From the human T2T-CHM13v2.0 reference genome, Homo sapiens: 64,000 nt of DNA. Shown piece after piece: positions 36,780-50,600 of this stretch; position 1 is the stretch's first letter; each line of letters opens with the position of its first letter. Position numbers and translations under genes: made by a program. The stretch lies in NCBI RefSeq assembly GCF_009914755.1, contig NC_060925.1, one strand, 5' to 3'. Under the pieces are notes generated by a model, which saw nothing but the letters and a program-made list of their open reading frames with translations, was not told where the DNA came from and ran no database searches.

Positions 36780-39600
36780 CTGTTCATAGAGCTGTTAGGA
36801 AACACTCTGTTTGTAAAGTCTGCAAGTGGATATTCAGACCTCCTTGAGGCCTTCGTTGGAAACGGGATTTCTTCATATTCTGCTAGACAGAAGAATTCTC
36901 AGTAACTTCCTTGTGTTGTGTGTATTCAACTCACAGAGTTGAACGATCCTTTACACAGAGCAGACTTGAAACACTCTTTTTGTGGAATTTGCAAGTGGAG
37001 ATTTCAGCCGCTTTGAGGTCAATGGTAGAAAAGGAAATATCTTCGTATAAAGACTAGACAGAATGATTCTCAGAAACTCCTTTGTGATGTGTGCGTTCAA
37101 CTCACAGAGTTTAACTTTTCTTTTCATAGAGCAGTTAGGAAACACTCGGTTTGTAAAGTCTGCAAGTGGATATTCAGACCTCTTTGAGGCCTTCGTTGGA
37201 AACGGGATTTCTTCGTATTATGCTAGACAGAAGAATTCTCAGTAATTTCCTTGTGTTGTGTGTATTCAACTCACAGAGTTGAACGATCCTTTACACAGAG
37301 CAGACTTGAAACATTCTTTTTGTGGAATTTGCAAGTGGAGATTTCAGCCGCTTTGAGGTCAATGGTAGAATAGGAAATATCTTCCTATAGAAACTAGACA
37401 GAACGATTCTCAGAAACTCCTTTGTGATGTGTGCGTTCAACTCACAGAGTTTAACCTTTCTTTTCATAGAGCAGTTAGGAAACACTCTGTTTGTAAAGTC
37501 TGCAAGTGGATATTCAGACCTCTTTGAGGCCTTCGTTGGAAACGGGATTTCTTCATATTCTGCTAGACAGAAGAATTCTCAGCAACTTCCTTGTGTTGTG
37601 TGTATTCAACTCACAGAGTTGAACGATCCTTTACACAGAGCAGACTTGAAACATTCTATTTGTAGAATTTGCAAGTGGAGATTTCAGCCGCTTTGAGGTC
37701 AATAGTAGAAAAGGAAATATCTTCGTAGAAAAACTAGACAGAATGATTCTCAGAAACTCCTTTGTGATGTGTGTGTTCAACTCACAGAGTTTAACCTTTC
37801 TTTTCATAGAGCAGTTAGTAAACACTCTGTTTATAAAGTCTGCAAGTGGATATTCAGACCCCTTTGAGGCCTTCGTTGGAAATGGGATTTCTTCATATTA
37901 TGCTAGACAGAAGAATTCTCAGTAACTTCCTTGTGTTGTGTGTATTCAACTGACAGAGTTGAACTTTCATTTAGAGAGAGCAGATTTGAAACACTCTTTT
38001 TGTGGAATTTGCAAGTGGAGATTTCAAGCGCTTTGGGGCCAAAGGCAGAAAAGGAAATATCTTCGTATAAAAACTAGACAGAATCATTCTCAGAAACTGC
38101 TGCGTGATGTGTGCGTTCAACTCTCAGAGTTTAACTTTTCTTTTCATTCAGCGGTTTGGAAACACTCTGTTTGTAAAGTCTGCACGTGGAAATTTTGACC
38201 ACTTAGAGGCCTTCGTTGGAAACGGGTTTTTTTCATGTAAGGCTAGACAGAAGAATTCCCAGTAACTTCCTTGTGTTGTGTGCATTCAACTCACAGAGTT
38301 GAACGTTCCCTTAGACAGAGCAGATTTGAAACACTCTATTTGTGCAATTTGCAAGTGTAGTTTTCAAGCTCTTTAAGGTCAACGGCAGAAAAGGAAATAT
38401 CTTGGTTTCAAAACTAGACAGAATCATTCCCACAAACTGCGTTGTGATGTGTTCGTTCAACTCACAGAGTTTAACCTTTCTGTTCATAGAGCAGTTAGGA
38501 AACACTCTGTTTGTAAAGTCTGTAAATGGATATTCAGACATCTTGTGGCCTTCGTTGGAAACGGGATTTCTTCATATTCTGCTAGACAGAAGAATTCTCA
38601 GTAACTTCCTTGTGTTGTGTGTATTCAACTCACAGAGTTGAACGATCCTTTACACAGAGCAGACTTGAAACATTCTTTTTGTGGAATTTGCAAGTGGAGA
38701 TTTCAGCCGCTTTGAGGTCAATGGTAGAATAGGAAATATCTTCCTATAGAAACTAGACAGAACGATTCTCAGAAACTCCTTTGTGATGTGTGCGTTCAAC
38801 TCACAGAGTTTAACCTTTCTTTTCATAGAGCAGTTAGGAAACACTCTGTTTGTAAAGTCTGCAAGTGGATATTCAGACCTCTTTGAGGCCTTCGTTGGAA
38901 ACGGGATTTCTTCATATTCTGCTAGACAGAAGAATTCTCAGTAACTTCCTTGTGTTGTGTGTATTCAACTCACAGAGTTGAACGATCCTTTACACAGAGC
39001 AGACTTGAAACACTCTTTTTGTGGAATTTGCAAGTGGAGATTTCAGCCGCTTTGTGGTCAACGGTAGAAAAGGAAATATCTTCGTATAAAGACTAGACAG
39101 AATGATTCTCAGAAACTCCTTTGTGATGTGTGCGTTCAACTCACAGAGTTTAACCTTTCTGTTCATAGAGCTGTTAGGAAACACTCTGTTTGTAAAGTCT
39201 GCAAGTGGATATTCAGACCTCCTTGAGGCCTTCGTTGGAAACGGGATTTCTTCATATTTTGCTAGACAGAAGAATTCTCAGTAACTTCCTTGTGTTGTGT
39301 GTATTCAACTCACAGAGTTGAACGATCCTTTACACAGAGCAGACTTGAAACATTCTTTTTGTGGAATTTGCAAGTGGAGATTTCAGCCGCTTTGAGGTCA
39401 ATGGTAGAATAGGAAATATCTTCCTATAGAAACTAGACAGAACGATTCTCAGAAACTCCTTTGTGATGTGTGCGTTCAACTCACAGAGTTTAACCTTTCT
39501 TTTCATAGAGCAGTTAGGAAACACTCTGTTTGTAAAGTCTGCAAGTGGATATTCAGACCCCTTTGAGGCCTTCTTTGGAAACGGGATTTCTTCATATTCT
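36780..39600 (+). repeat. Direct copy of ~18085-20900 (offset 18,695 bp); its first part is also present at ~4490-5890
   Basis: ORF pairs 18368/37063, 18729/37424, 19243/37938 and 20407/39102. Markers aacactcggt, cttcgtatta, agtaatttcc and cagcaacttcc occur at three sites (4773, 18368 and 37063 blocks). Confidence 0.87.
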
Positions 39601-41649
39601 GCTAGACAGAAGAATTCTCAGTAACTTCCTTGTGTTGTGTGTATTCAACTCACAGAGTTGAACGATCCTTTACACAGAGCAGACTTGAAACACTCTTTTT
39701 GTGGAATTTGCAAGTGGAGATTTCAGCCGCTTTGAGGTCAATGGTAGAATAGGAAATATCTTCCTATAGAAACTAGACAGAACGATTCTCAGAAACTCCT
39801 TTGTGATGTGTGCGTTCAACTCACAGAGTTTAACCTTTCTTTTCATAGAGCAGTTAGGAAACACTCTGTTTGTAAAGTCTGCAAGTGGATATTCAGACCC
39901 CTTTGAGGCCTTCGTTGGAAACGGGATTTCTTCATATTCTGCTAGACAGAAGAATTCTCAGTAACTTCCTTGTGTTGTGTGTATTCAACTCACAGAGTTG
40001 AACGATCCTTTACACAGAGCAGACTTGAAACACTCTTTTTGTGGAATTTGCAAGTGGAGATTTTAGCCGCTTTGAGGTCAATAGTAGAAAAGGAAATATC
40101 TTCGTAGAAAAACTAGACAGAATGATTCTCAGAAACTCCTTTGTGATGTGTGTGTTCAACTCACAGAGTTTAACCTTTCTTTTCATAGAGCAGTTAGGAA
40201 ACGCTCTGTTTGTAAAGTCTGCAAGTGGATATTCAGACCTCGTTGAGACCTTCGTTGGAAACGGGATTTCTTCATATTCTGCTAGACAGAAGAATTCTCA
40301 GTAACTTCCTTGTGTTGTGTTTATTCAACTCACAGAGTTGAATGATCCTTTACACAGAGCAGACTTGAAACACTCTTTTTGTGGAATTTGCAAGTGGAGA
40401 TTTCAGCCGCTTTGTGGTCAATGGTAGAAAAGGAAATATCTTCGTATAAAGACTAGACAGAATGATTCTCAGAAACTCCTTTGTGATGTGTGCGTTCAAC
40501 TCACAGAGTTTAACCTTTCTGTTCATAGAGCTGTTAGGAAACACTCTGTTTGTAAAGTCTGCAAGTGGATATTCAGACCTCCTTGAGGCCTTCGTTGGAA
40601 ACGGGATTTCTTCATATTCTGCTAGACAGAAGAATTCTCAGTAACTTCCTTGTGTTGTGTGTATTCAACTCACAGAGTTGAACGATCCTTTACACAGAGC
40701 AGACTTGAAACATTCTTTTTGTGGAATTTGCAAGTGGAGATTTCAGCCGCTTTGAGGTCAATGGTAGAATAGGAAATATCTTCCTATAGAAACTAGACAG
40801 AACGATTCTCAGAAACTCCTTTGTGATGTGTGCGTTCAACTCACAGAGTTTAACCTTTCTTTTCATAGAGCAGTTAGGAAACACTCTGTTTGTAAAGTCT
40901 GCAAGTGGATATTCAGACCTCTTTGAGGCCTTCGTTGGAAACGGGATTTCTTCATATTCTGCTAGACAGAAGAATTCTCAGTAACTTCCTTGTGTTGTGT
41001 GTATTCAACTCACAGAGTTGAACGATCCTTTACACAGAGCAGACTTGAAACACTCTTTTTGTGGAATTTGCAAGTGGAGATTTCAGCCGCTTTGAGGTCA
41101 ATAGTAGAAAAGGAAATATCTTCGTAGAAAAACTAGACAGAATGATTCTCAGAAACTCCTTTGTGATGTGTGTGTTCAACTCACAGAGTTTAACCTTTCT
41201 TTTCATAGAGCAGTTAGGAAACACTCTGTTTGTAAAGTCTGCAAGTGGATATTCAGACCTCGTTGAGGCCTTCGTTGGAAACGGGATTTCTTCATATTCT
41301 GCTAGACAGAAGAATTCTCAGTAACTTCCTTGTGTTGTGTTTATTCAACTCACAGAGTTGAATGATCCTTTACACAGAGCAGACTTGAAACACTCTTTTT
41401 GTGGAATTTGCAAGTGGAGATTTCAGCCGCTTTGTGGTCAATGGTAGAAAAGGAAATATCTTCGTATAAAGACTAGACAGAATGATTCTCAGAAACTCCT
41501 TTGTGATGTGTGCGTTCAACTCACAGAGTTTAACCTTTCTGTTCATAGAGCTGTTAGGAAACACTCTGTTTGTAAAGTCTGCAAGTGGATATTCAGACCT
41601 CCTTGAGGCCTTCGTTGGAAACGGGATTTCTTCATATTCTGCTAGACAG

Positions 41650-44600
41650 AAGAATTCTCAGTAACTTCCTTGTGTTGTGTGTATTCAACTCACAGAGTTG
41701 AACGATCCTTTACACAGAGCAGACTTGAAACACTCTTTTTGTGGAATTTGCAAGTGGAGATTTCAGCCGCTTTGAGGTCAATGGTAGAAAAGGAAATATC
41801 TTCGTATAAAGACTAGACAGAATGATTCTCAGAAACTCCTTTGTGATGTGTGCGTTCAACTCACAGAGTTTAACTTTTCTTTTCATAGAGCAGTTAGGAA
41901 ACACTCTGTTTGTAAAGTCTGCAAGTGGATATTCAGACCTCTTTGAGGCCTTCGTTGGAAACGGGATTTCTTCATATTATGCTAGACAGAAGAATTCTCA
42001 GTAACTTCCTTGTGTTGTGTGTATTCAACTCACAGAGTTGAACGATCCTTTACACAGAGCAGACTAGAAACATTCTTTTTGTGGAATTTGCAAGTGGAGA
42101 TTTCAGCCGCTTTGAGGTCAATGGTAGAATAGGAAATATCTTCCTATAGAAACTAGACAGAACGATTCTCAGAAACTCCTTTGTGATGTGTGCGTTCAAC
42201 TCACAGAGTTTAACCTTTCTTTTCATAGAGCAGTTAGGAAACACTCTGTTTGTAAAGTCTGCAAGTGGATATTCAGACCTCTTTGAGGCCTTCGTTGGAA
42301 ACGGGATTTCTTCATATTCTGCTAGACAGAAGAATTCTCAGTAACTTTCTTGTGTTGTGTGTATTCAACTCACAGAGTTGAACGATCCTTTACACAGAGC
42401 AGACTTGAAACACTCTATTTGTAGAATTTGCAAGTGGAGATTTCAGCCGCTTTGAGGTCAGTAGTAGAAAAGGAAATATCTTCGTGGAAAAACTAGACAG
42501 AATGATTCTCAGAAACTCCTTTGTGATGTGTGTGTTCAACTCACAGAGTTTAACCTTTCTTTTCATAGAGCAGTTAGTAAACACTCTGTTTATAAAGTCT
42601 GCAAGTGGATATTCAGACCCCTTTGAGGCCTTCGTTGGAAACGGGATTTCTTCATATTATGCTAGACAGAAGAATTCTCAGTAACTTCCTTGTGTTGTGT
42701 GTATTCAACTGACAGAGTTGAACTTTCATTTAGAGAGAGCAGATTTGAAACACTGTTTTTGTGGAATTTGCAAGTGGAGATTTCAAGCGCTTTGGGGCCA
42801 AAGGCAGAAAAGGAAATATCTTCGTATAAAAACTAGACAGAATCATTCTCAGAAACTGCTGCGTGATGTGTGCGTTCAACTCTCAGAGTTTAACTTTTCT
42901 TTTCATTCAGCAGTTTGGAAACACTCTGTTTGTAAAGTCTGCACGTGGAAATTTTGACCACTTAGAGGCCTTCGTTGGAAACGGGTTTTTTTCATGTAAG
43001 GCTAGACAGAAGAATTCCCAGTAACTTCCTTGTGTTGTGTGCATTCAACTCACAGAGTTGAACGTTCCCTTAGACAGAGCAGATTTGAAACACTCTATTT
43101 GTGCAATTTGCAAGTGTAATTTTCAAGCTCTTTTAGGTCAACGGCAGAAAAGGAAATATCTTGGTTTCAAAACTAGACAGAATCATTCCCACAAACTGCG
43201 TTGTGATGTGTTCGTTCAACTCACAGAGTTTAACCTTTCTGTTCATAGAGCAGTTAGGAAACACTCTGTTTGTAAAGTCTGTAAGTGGATATTCTGACAT
43301 CTTGTGGCCTTCGTTGGGAACGGGATTTCTTCATATTCTGCTAGACAGAAGAATTCTCAGTAACTTCCTTGTGTTGTGTGTATTCAACTCACAGAGTTGA
43401 ACGATCCTTTACACAGAGCAGACTTGAAACATTCTTTTTGTGGAATTTGCAAGTGGAGATTTCAGCCGCTTTGAGGTCAATGGTAGAATAGGAAATATCT
43501 TCATATAGAAACTAGACAGAACGATTCTCAGAAACTCCTTTGTGATGTGTGCGTTCAACTCACAGAGTTTAACCTTTCTTTTCATAGAGCAGTTAGGAAA
43601 CACTCTGTTTGTAAAGTCTGCAAGTGGATATTCAGACCTCTTTGAGGCCTTCGTTGGAAACGGGATTTCTTCATATTCTGCTAGACAGAAGAATTCTCAG
43701 TAACTTCCTTGTGTTGTGTGTATTCAACTCACAGAGTTGAACGATCCTTTACACAGAGCAGACTTGAAACACTCTTTTTGTGGAATTTGCAAGTGGAGAT
43801 TTCAGCCGCTTTGAGGTCAATAGTAGAAAAGGAAATATCTTCGTAGAAAAACTAGACAGAATGATTCTCAGAAACTCCTTTGTGATGTGTGTGTTCAACT
43901 CACAGAGTTTAACCTTTCTTTTCATAGAGCAGTTAGGAAACGCTCTGTTTGTAAAGTCTGCAAGTGGATATTCAGACCTCGTTGAGACCTTCGTTGGAAA
44001 CGGGATTTCTTCATATTCTGCTAGACAGAAGAATTCTCAGTAACTTCCTTGTGTTGTGTTTATTCAACTCACAGAGTTGAATGATCCTTTACACAGAGCA
44101 GACTTGAAACACTCTTTTTGTGGAATTTGCAAGTGGAGATTTCAGCCGCTTTGTGGTCAATGGTAGAAAAGGAAATATCTTCGTATAAAGACTAGACAGA
44201 ATGATTCTCAGAAACTCCTTTGTGATGTGTGCGTTCAACTCACAGAGTTTAACCTTTCTGTTCATAGAGCTGTTAGGAAACACTCTGTTTGTAAAGTCTG
44301 CAAGTGGATATTCAGACCTCCTTGAGGCCTTCGTTGGAAACGGGATTTCTTCATATTCTGCTAGACAGAAGAATTCTCAGTAACTTCCTTGTGTTGTGTG
44401 TATTCAACTCACAGAGTTGAACGATCCTTTACACAGAGCAGACTTGAAACATTCTTTTTGTGGAATTTGCAAGTGGAGATTTCAGCCGCTTTGAGGTCAA
44501 TGGTAGAATAGGAAATATCTTCCTATAGAAACTAGACAGAACGATTCTCAGAAACTCCTTTGTGATGTGTGCGTTCAACTCACAGAGTTTAACCTTTCTT

Positions 44601-47600
44601 TTCATAGAGCAGTTAGGAAACACTCTGTTTGTAAAGTCTGCAAGTGGATATTCAGACCTCTTTGAGGCCTTCGTTGGAAACGGGATTTCTTCATATTCTG
44701 CTAGACAGAAGAATTCTCAGTAACTTCCTTGTGTTGTGTGTATTCAACTCACAGAGTTGAACGATCCTTTACACAGAGCAGACTTGAAACACTCTTTTTG
44801 TGGAATTTGCAAGTGGAGATTTCAGCCGCTTTGAGGTCAATAGTAGAAAAGGAAATATCTTCGTAGAAAAACTAGACAGAATGATTCTCAGAAACTCCTT
44901 TGTGATGTGTGTGTTCAACTCACAGAGTTTAACCTTTCTTTTCATAGAGCAGTTAGGAAACACTCTGTTTGTAAAGTCTGCAAGTGGATATTCAGACCTC
45001 GTTGAGCCCTTCGTTGGAAACGGGATTTCTTCATATTCTGCTAGACAGAAGAATTCTCAGTAACTTCCTTGTGTTGTGTTTATTCAACTCACAGAGTTGA
45101 ATGATCCTTTACACAGAGCAGACTTGAAACACTCTTTTTGTGGAATTTGCAAGTGGAGATTTCAGCCGCTTTGTGGTCAATGGTAGAAAAGGAAATATCT
45201 TCGTATAAAGACTAGACAGAATGATTCTCAGAAACTCCTTTGTGATGTGTGCGTTCAACTCACAGAGTTTAACCTTTCTGTTCATAGAGCTGTTAGGAAA
45301 CACTCTGTTTGTAAAGTCTGCAAGTGGATATTCAGACCTCCTTGAGGCCTTCGTTGGAAACGGGATTTCTTCATATTCTGCTAGACAGAAGAATTCTCAG
45401 TAACTTCCTTGTGTTGTGTGTATTCAACTCACAGAGTTGAACGATCCTTTACACAGAGCAGACTTGAAACACTCTTTTTGTGGAATTTGCAAGTGGAGAT
45501 TTCAGCCGCTTTGAGGTCAATGGTAGAAAAGGAAATATCTTCGTATAAAGACTAGACAGAATGATTCTCAGAAACTCCTTTGTGATGTGTGCGTTCAACT
45601 CACAGAGTTTAACTTTTCTTTTCATAGAGCAGTTAGGAAACACTCTGTTTGTAAAGTCTGCAAGTGGATATTCAGACCTCTTTGAGGCCTTCGTTGGAAA
45701 CGGGATTTCTTCATATTATGCTAGACAGAAGAATTCTCAGTAACTTCCTTGTGTTGTGTGTATTCAACTCACAGAGTTGAACGATCCTTTACACAGAGCA
45801 GACTAGAAACATTCTTTTTGTGGAATTTGCAAGTGGAGATTTCAGCCGCTTTGAGGTCAATGGTAGAATAGGAAATATCATCCTATAGAAACTAGACAGA
45901 ACGATTCTCAGAAACTCCTTTGTGATGTGTGCGTTCAACTCACAGAGTTTAACCTTTCTTTTCATAGAGCAGTTAGGAAACACTCTGTTTGTAAAGTCTG
46001 CAAGTGGATATTCAGACCTCTTTGAGGCCTTCGTTGGAAACGGGATTTCTTCATATTCTGCTAGACAGAAGAATTCTCAGTAACTTCCTTGTGTTGTGTG
46101 TATTCAACTCACAGAGTTGAACGATCCTTTACACAGAGCAGACTTGAAACACTCTATTTGTAGAATTTGCAAGTGGAGATTTCAGCCGCTTTGAGGTCAG
46201 TAGTAGAAAAGGAAATATCTTCGTGGAAAAACTAGACAGAATGATTCTCAGAAACTCCTTTGTGATGTGTGTGTTCAACTCACAGAGTTTAACCTTTCTT
46301 TTCATAGAGCAGTTAGTAAACACTCTGTTTATAAAGTCTGCAAGTGGATATTCAGACCCCTTTGAGGCCTTCGTTGGAAACGGGATTTCTTCATATTATG
46401 CTAGACAGAAGAATTCTCAGTAACTTCCTTGTGTTGTGTGTATTCAACTGACAGAGTTGAACTTTCATTTAGAGAGAGCAGATTTGAAACACTGTTTTTG
46501 TGGAATTTGCAAGTGGAGATTTCAAGCGCTTTGGGGCCAAAGGCAGAAAAGGAAATATCTTCGTATAAAAACTAGACAGAATCATTCTCAGAAACTGCTG
46601 CGTGATGTGTGCGTTCAACTCTCAGAGTTTAACTTTTCTTTTCATTCAGCGGTTTGGAAACACTCTGTTTGTAAAGTCTGCACGTGGAAATTTTGACCAC
46701 TTAGAGGCCTTCGTTGGAAACGGGTTTTTTTCATGTAAGGCTAGACAGAAGAATTCCCAGTAACTTCCTTGTGTTGTGTGCATTCAACTCACAGAGTTGA
46801 ACGTTCCCTTAGACAGAGCAGATTTGAAACACTCTATTTGTGCAATTTGCAAGTGTAGTTTTCAAGCTCTTTTAGGTCAACGGCAGAAAAGGAAATATCT
46901 TGGTTTCAAAACTAGACAGAATCATTCCCACAAACTGCGTTGTGATGTGTTCGTTCAACTCACAGAGTTTAACCTTTCTGTTCATAGAGCAGTTAGGAAA
47001 CACTCTGTTTGTAAAGTCTGTAAGTGGATATTCTGACATCTTGTGGCCTTCGTTGGGAACGGGATTTCTTCATATTCTGCTAGACAGAAGAATTCTCAGT
47101 AACTTCCTTGTGTTGTGTGTATTCAACTCACAGAGTTGAACGATCCTTTACACAGAGCAGACTTGAAACATTCTTTTTGTGGAATTTGCAAGTGGAGATT
47201 TCAGCCGCTTTGAGGTCAATGGTAGAATAGGAAATATCTTCATATAGAAACTAGACAGAACGATTCTCAGAAACTCCTTTGTGATGTGTGCGTTCAACTC
47301 ACAGAGTTTAACCTTTCTTTTCATAGAGCAGTTAGGAAACACTCTGTTTGTAAAGTCTGCAAGTGGATATTCAGACCTCTTTGAGGCCTTCGTTGGAAAC
47401 GGGATTTCTTCATATTCTGCTAGACAGAAGAATTCTCAGTAACTTCCTTGTGTTGTGTGTATTCAACTCACAGAGTTGAACGATCCTTTACACAGAGCAG
47501 ACTTGAAACACTCTTTTTGTGGAATTTGCAAGTGGAGATTTCAGCCGCTTTGAGGTCAATGGTAGAAAAGGAAATATCTTCGTATAAAGACTAGACAGAA

Positions 47601-50600
47601 TGATTCTCAGAAACTCCTTTGTGATGTGTGCGTTCAACTCACAGAGTTTAACTTTTCTTTTCATAGAGCAGTTAGGAAACACTCTGTTTGTAAAGTCTGC
47701 AAGTGGATATTCAGACCTCTTTGAGGCCTTCGTTGGAAACGGGATTTCTTCATATTATGCTAGACAGAAGAATTCTCAGTAACTTCCTTGTGTTGTGTGT
47801 ATTCAACTCACAGAGTTGAACGATCCTTTACACAGAGCAGACTAGAAACATTCTTTTTGTGGAATTTGCAAGTGGAGATTTCAGCCGCTTTGAGGTCAAT
47901 GGTAGAATAGGAAATATCTTCCTATAGAAACTAGACAGAACGATTCTCAGAAACTCCTTTGTGATGTGTGCGTTCAACTCACAGAGTTTAACCTTTCTTT
48001 TCATAGAGCAGTTAGGAAACACTCTGTTTGTAAAGTCTGCAAGTGGATATTCAGACCTCTTTGAGGCCTTCGTTGGAAACGGGATTTCTTCATATTCTGC
48101 TAGACAGAAGAATTCTCAGTAACTTTCTTGTGTTGTGTGTATTCAACTCACAGAGTTGAACGATCCTTTACACAGAGCAGACTTGAAACACTCTATTTGT
48201 AGAATTTGCAAGTGGAGATTTCAGCCGCTTTGAGGTCAGTAGTAGAAAAGGAAATATCTTCGTGGAAAAACTAGACAGAATGATTCTCAGAAACTCCTTT
48301 GTGATGTGTGTGTTCAACTCACAGAGTTTAACCTTTCTTTTCATAGAGCAGTTAGTAAACACTCTGTTTATAAAGTCTGCAAGTGGATATTCAGACCCCT
48401 TTGAGGCCTTCGTTGGAAACGGGATTTCTTCATATTATGCTAGACAGAAGAATTCTCAGTAACTTCCTTGTGTTGTGTGTATTCAACTGACAGAGTTGAA
48501 CTTTCATTTAGAGAGAGCAGATTTGAAACACTGTTTTTGTGGAATTTGCAAGTGGAGATTTCAAGCGCTTTGGGGCCAAAGGCAGAAAAGGAAATATCTT
48601 CGTATAAAAACTAGACAGAATCATTCTCAGAAACTGCTGCGTGATGTGTGCGTTCAACTCTCAGAGTTTAACTTTTCTTTTCATTCAGCAGTTTGGAAAC
48701 ACTCTGTTTGTAAAGTCTGCACGTGGAAATTTTGACCACTTAGAGGCCTTCGTTGGAAACGGGTTTTTTTCATGTAAGGCTAGACAGAAGAATTCCCAGT
48801 AACTTCCTTGTGTTGTGTGCATTCAACTCACAGAGTTGAACGTTCCCTTAGACAGAGCAGATTTGAAACACTCTATTTGTGCAATTTGCAAGTGTAGTTT
48901 TCAAGCTCTTTTAGGTCAACGGCAGAAAAGGAAATATCTTGGTTTCAAAACTAGACAGAATCATTCCCACAAACTGCGTTGTGATGTGTTCGTTCAACTC
49001 ACAGAGTTTAACCTTTCTGTTCATAGAGCAGTTAGGAAACACTCTGTTTGTAAAGTCTGTAAGTGGATATTCTGACATCTTGTGGCCTTCGTTGGGAACG
49101 GGATTTCTTCATATTCTGCTAGACAGAAGAATTCTCAGTAACTTCCTTGTGTTGTGTGTATTCAACTCACAGAGTTGAACGATCCTTTACACAGAGCAGA
49201 CTTGAAACATTCTTTTTGTGGAATTTGCAAGTGGAGATTTCAGCCGCTTTGAGGTCAATGGTAGAATAGGAAATATCTTCATATAGAAACTAGACAGAAC
49301 GATTCTCAGAAACTCCTTTGTGATGTGTGCGTTCAACTCACAGAGTTTAACCTTTCTTTTCATAGAGCAGTTAGGAAACACTCTGTTTGTAAAGTCTGCA
49401 AGTGGATATTCAGACCTCTTTGAGGCCTTCGTTGGAAACGGGATTTCTTCATATTCTGCTAGACAGAAGAATTCTCAGTAACTTCCTTGTGTTGTGTGTA
49501 TTCAACTCACAGAGTTGAACGATCCTTTACACAGAGCAGACTTGAAACACTCTTTTTGTGGAATTTGCAAGTGGAGATTTCAGCCGCTTTGAGGTCAATA
49601 GTAGAAAAGGAAATATCTTCGTAGAAAAACTAGACAGAATGATTCTCAGAAACTCCTTTGTGATGTGTGTGTTCAACTCACAGAGTTTAACCTTTCTTTT
49701 CATAGAGCAGTTAGGAAACGCTCTGTTTGTAAAGTCTGCAAGTGGATATTCAGACCTCGTTGAGACCTTCGTTGGAAACGGGATTTCTTCATATTCTGCT
49801 AGACAGAAGAATTCTCAGTAACTTCCTTGTGTTGTGTTTATTCAACTCACAGAGTTGAATGATCCTTTACACAGAGCAGAGTTGAAACACTCTTTTTGTG
49901 GAATTTGCAAGTGGAGATTTCAGCCGCTTTTTGGTCAATGGTAGAAAAGGAAATATCTTCGTATAAAGACTAGACAGAATGATTCTCAGAAACTCCTTTG
50001 TGATGTGTGCGTTCAACTCACAGAGTTTAACCTTTCTGTTCATAGAGCTGTTAGGAAACACTCTGTTTGTAAAGTCTGCAAGTGGATATTCAGACCTCCT
50101 TGAGGCCTTCGTTGGAAACGGGATTTCTTCATATTCTGCTAGACAGAAGAATTCTCAGTAACTTCCTTGTGTTGTGTGTATTCAACTCACAGAGTTGAAC
50201 GATCCTTTACACAGAGCAGACTTGAAACATTCTTTTTGTGGAATTTGCAAGTGGAGATTTCAGCCGCTTTGAGGTCAATGGTAGAATAGGAAATATCTTC
50301 CTATAGAAACTAGACAGAACGATTCTCAGAAACTCCTTTGTGATGTGTGCGTTCAACTCACAGAGTTTAACCTTTCTTTTCATAGAGCAGTTAGGAAACA
50401 CTCTGTTTGTAAAGTCTGCAAGTGGATATTCAGACCTCTTTGAGGCCTTCGTTGGAAACGGGATTTCTTCATATTCTGCTAGACAGAAGAATTCTCAGTA
50501 ACTTCCTTGTGTTGTGTGTATTCAACTCACAGAGTTGAACGATCCTTTACACAGAGCAGACTTGAAACACTCTTTTTGTGGAATTTGCAAGTGGAGATTT

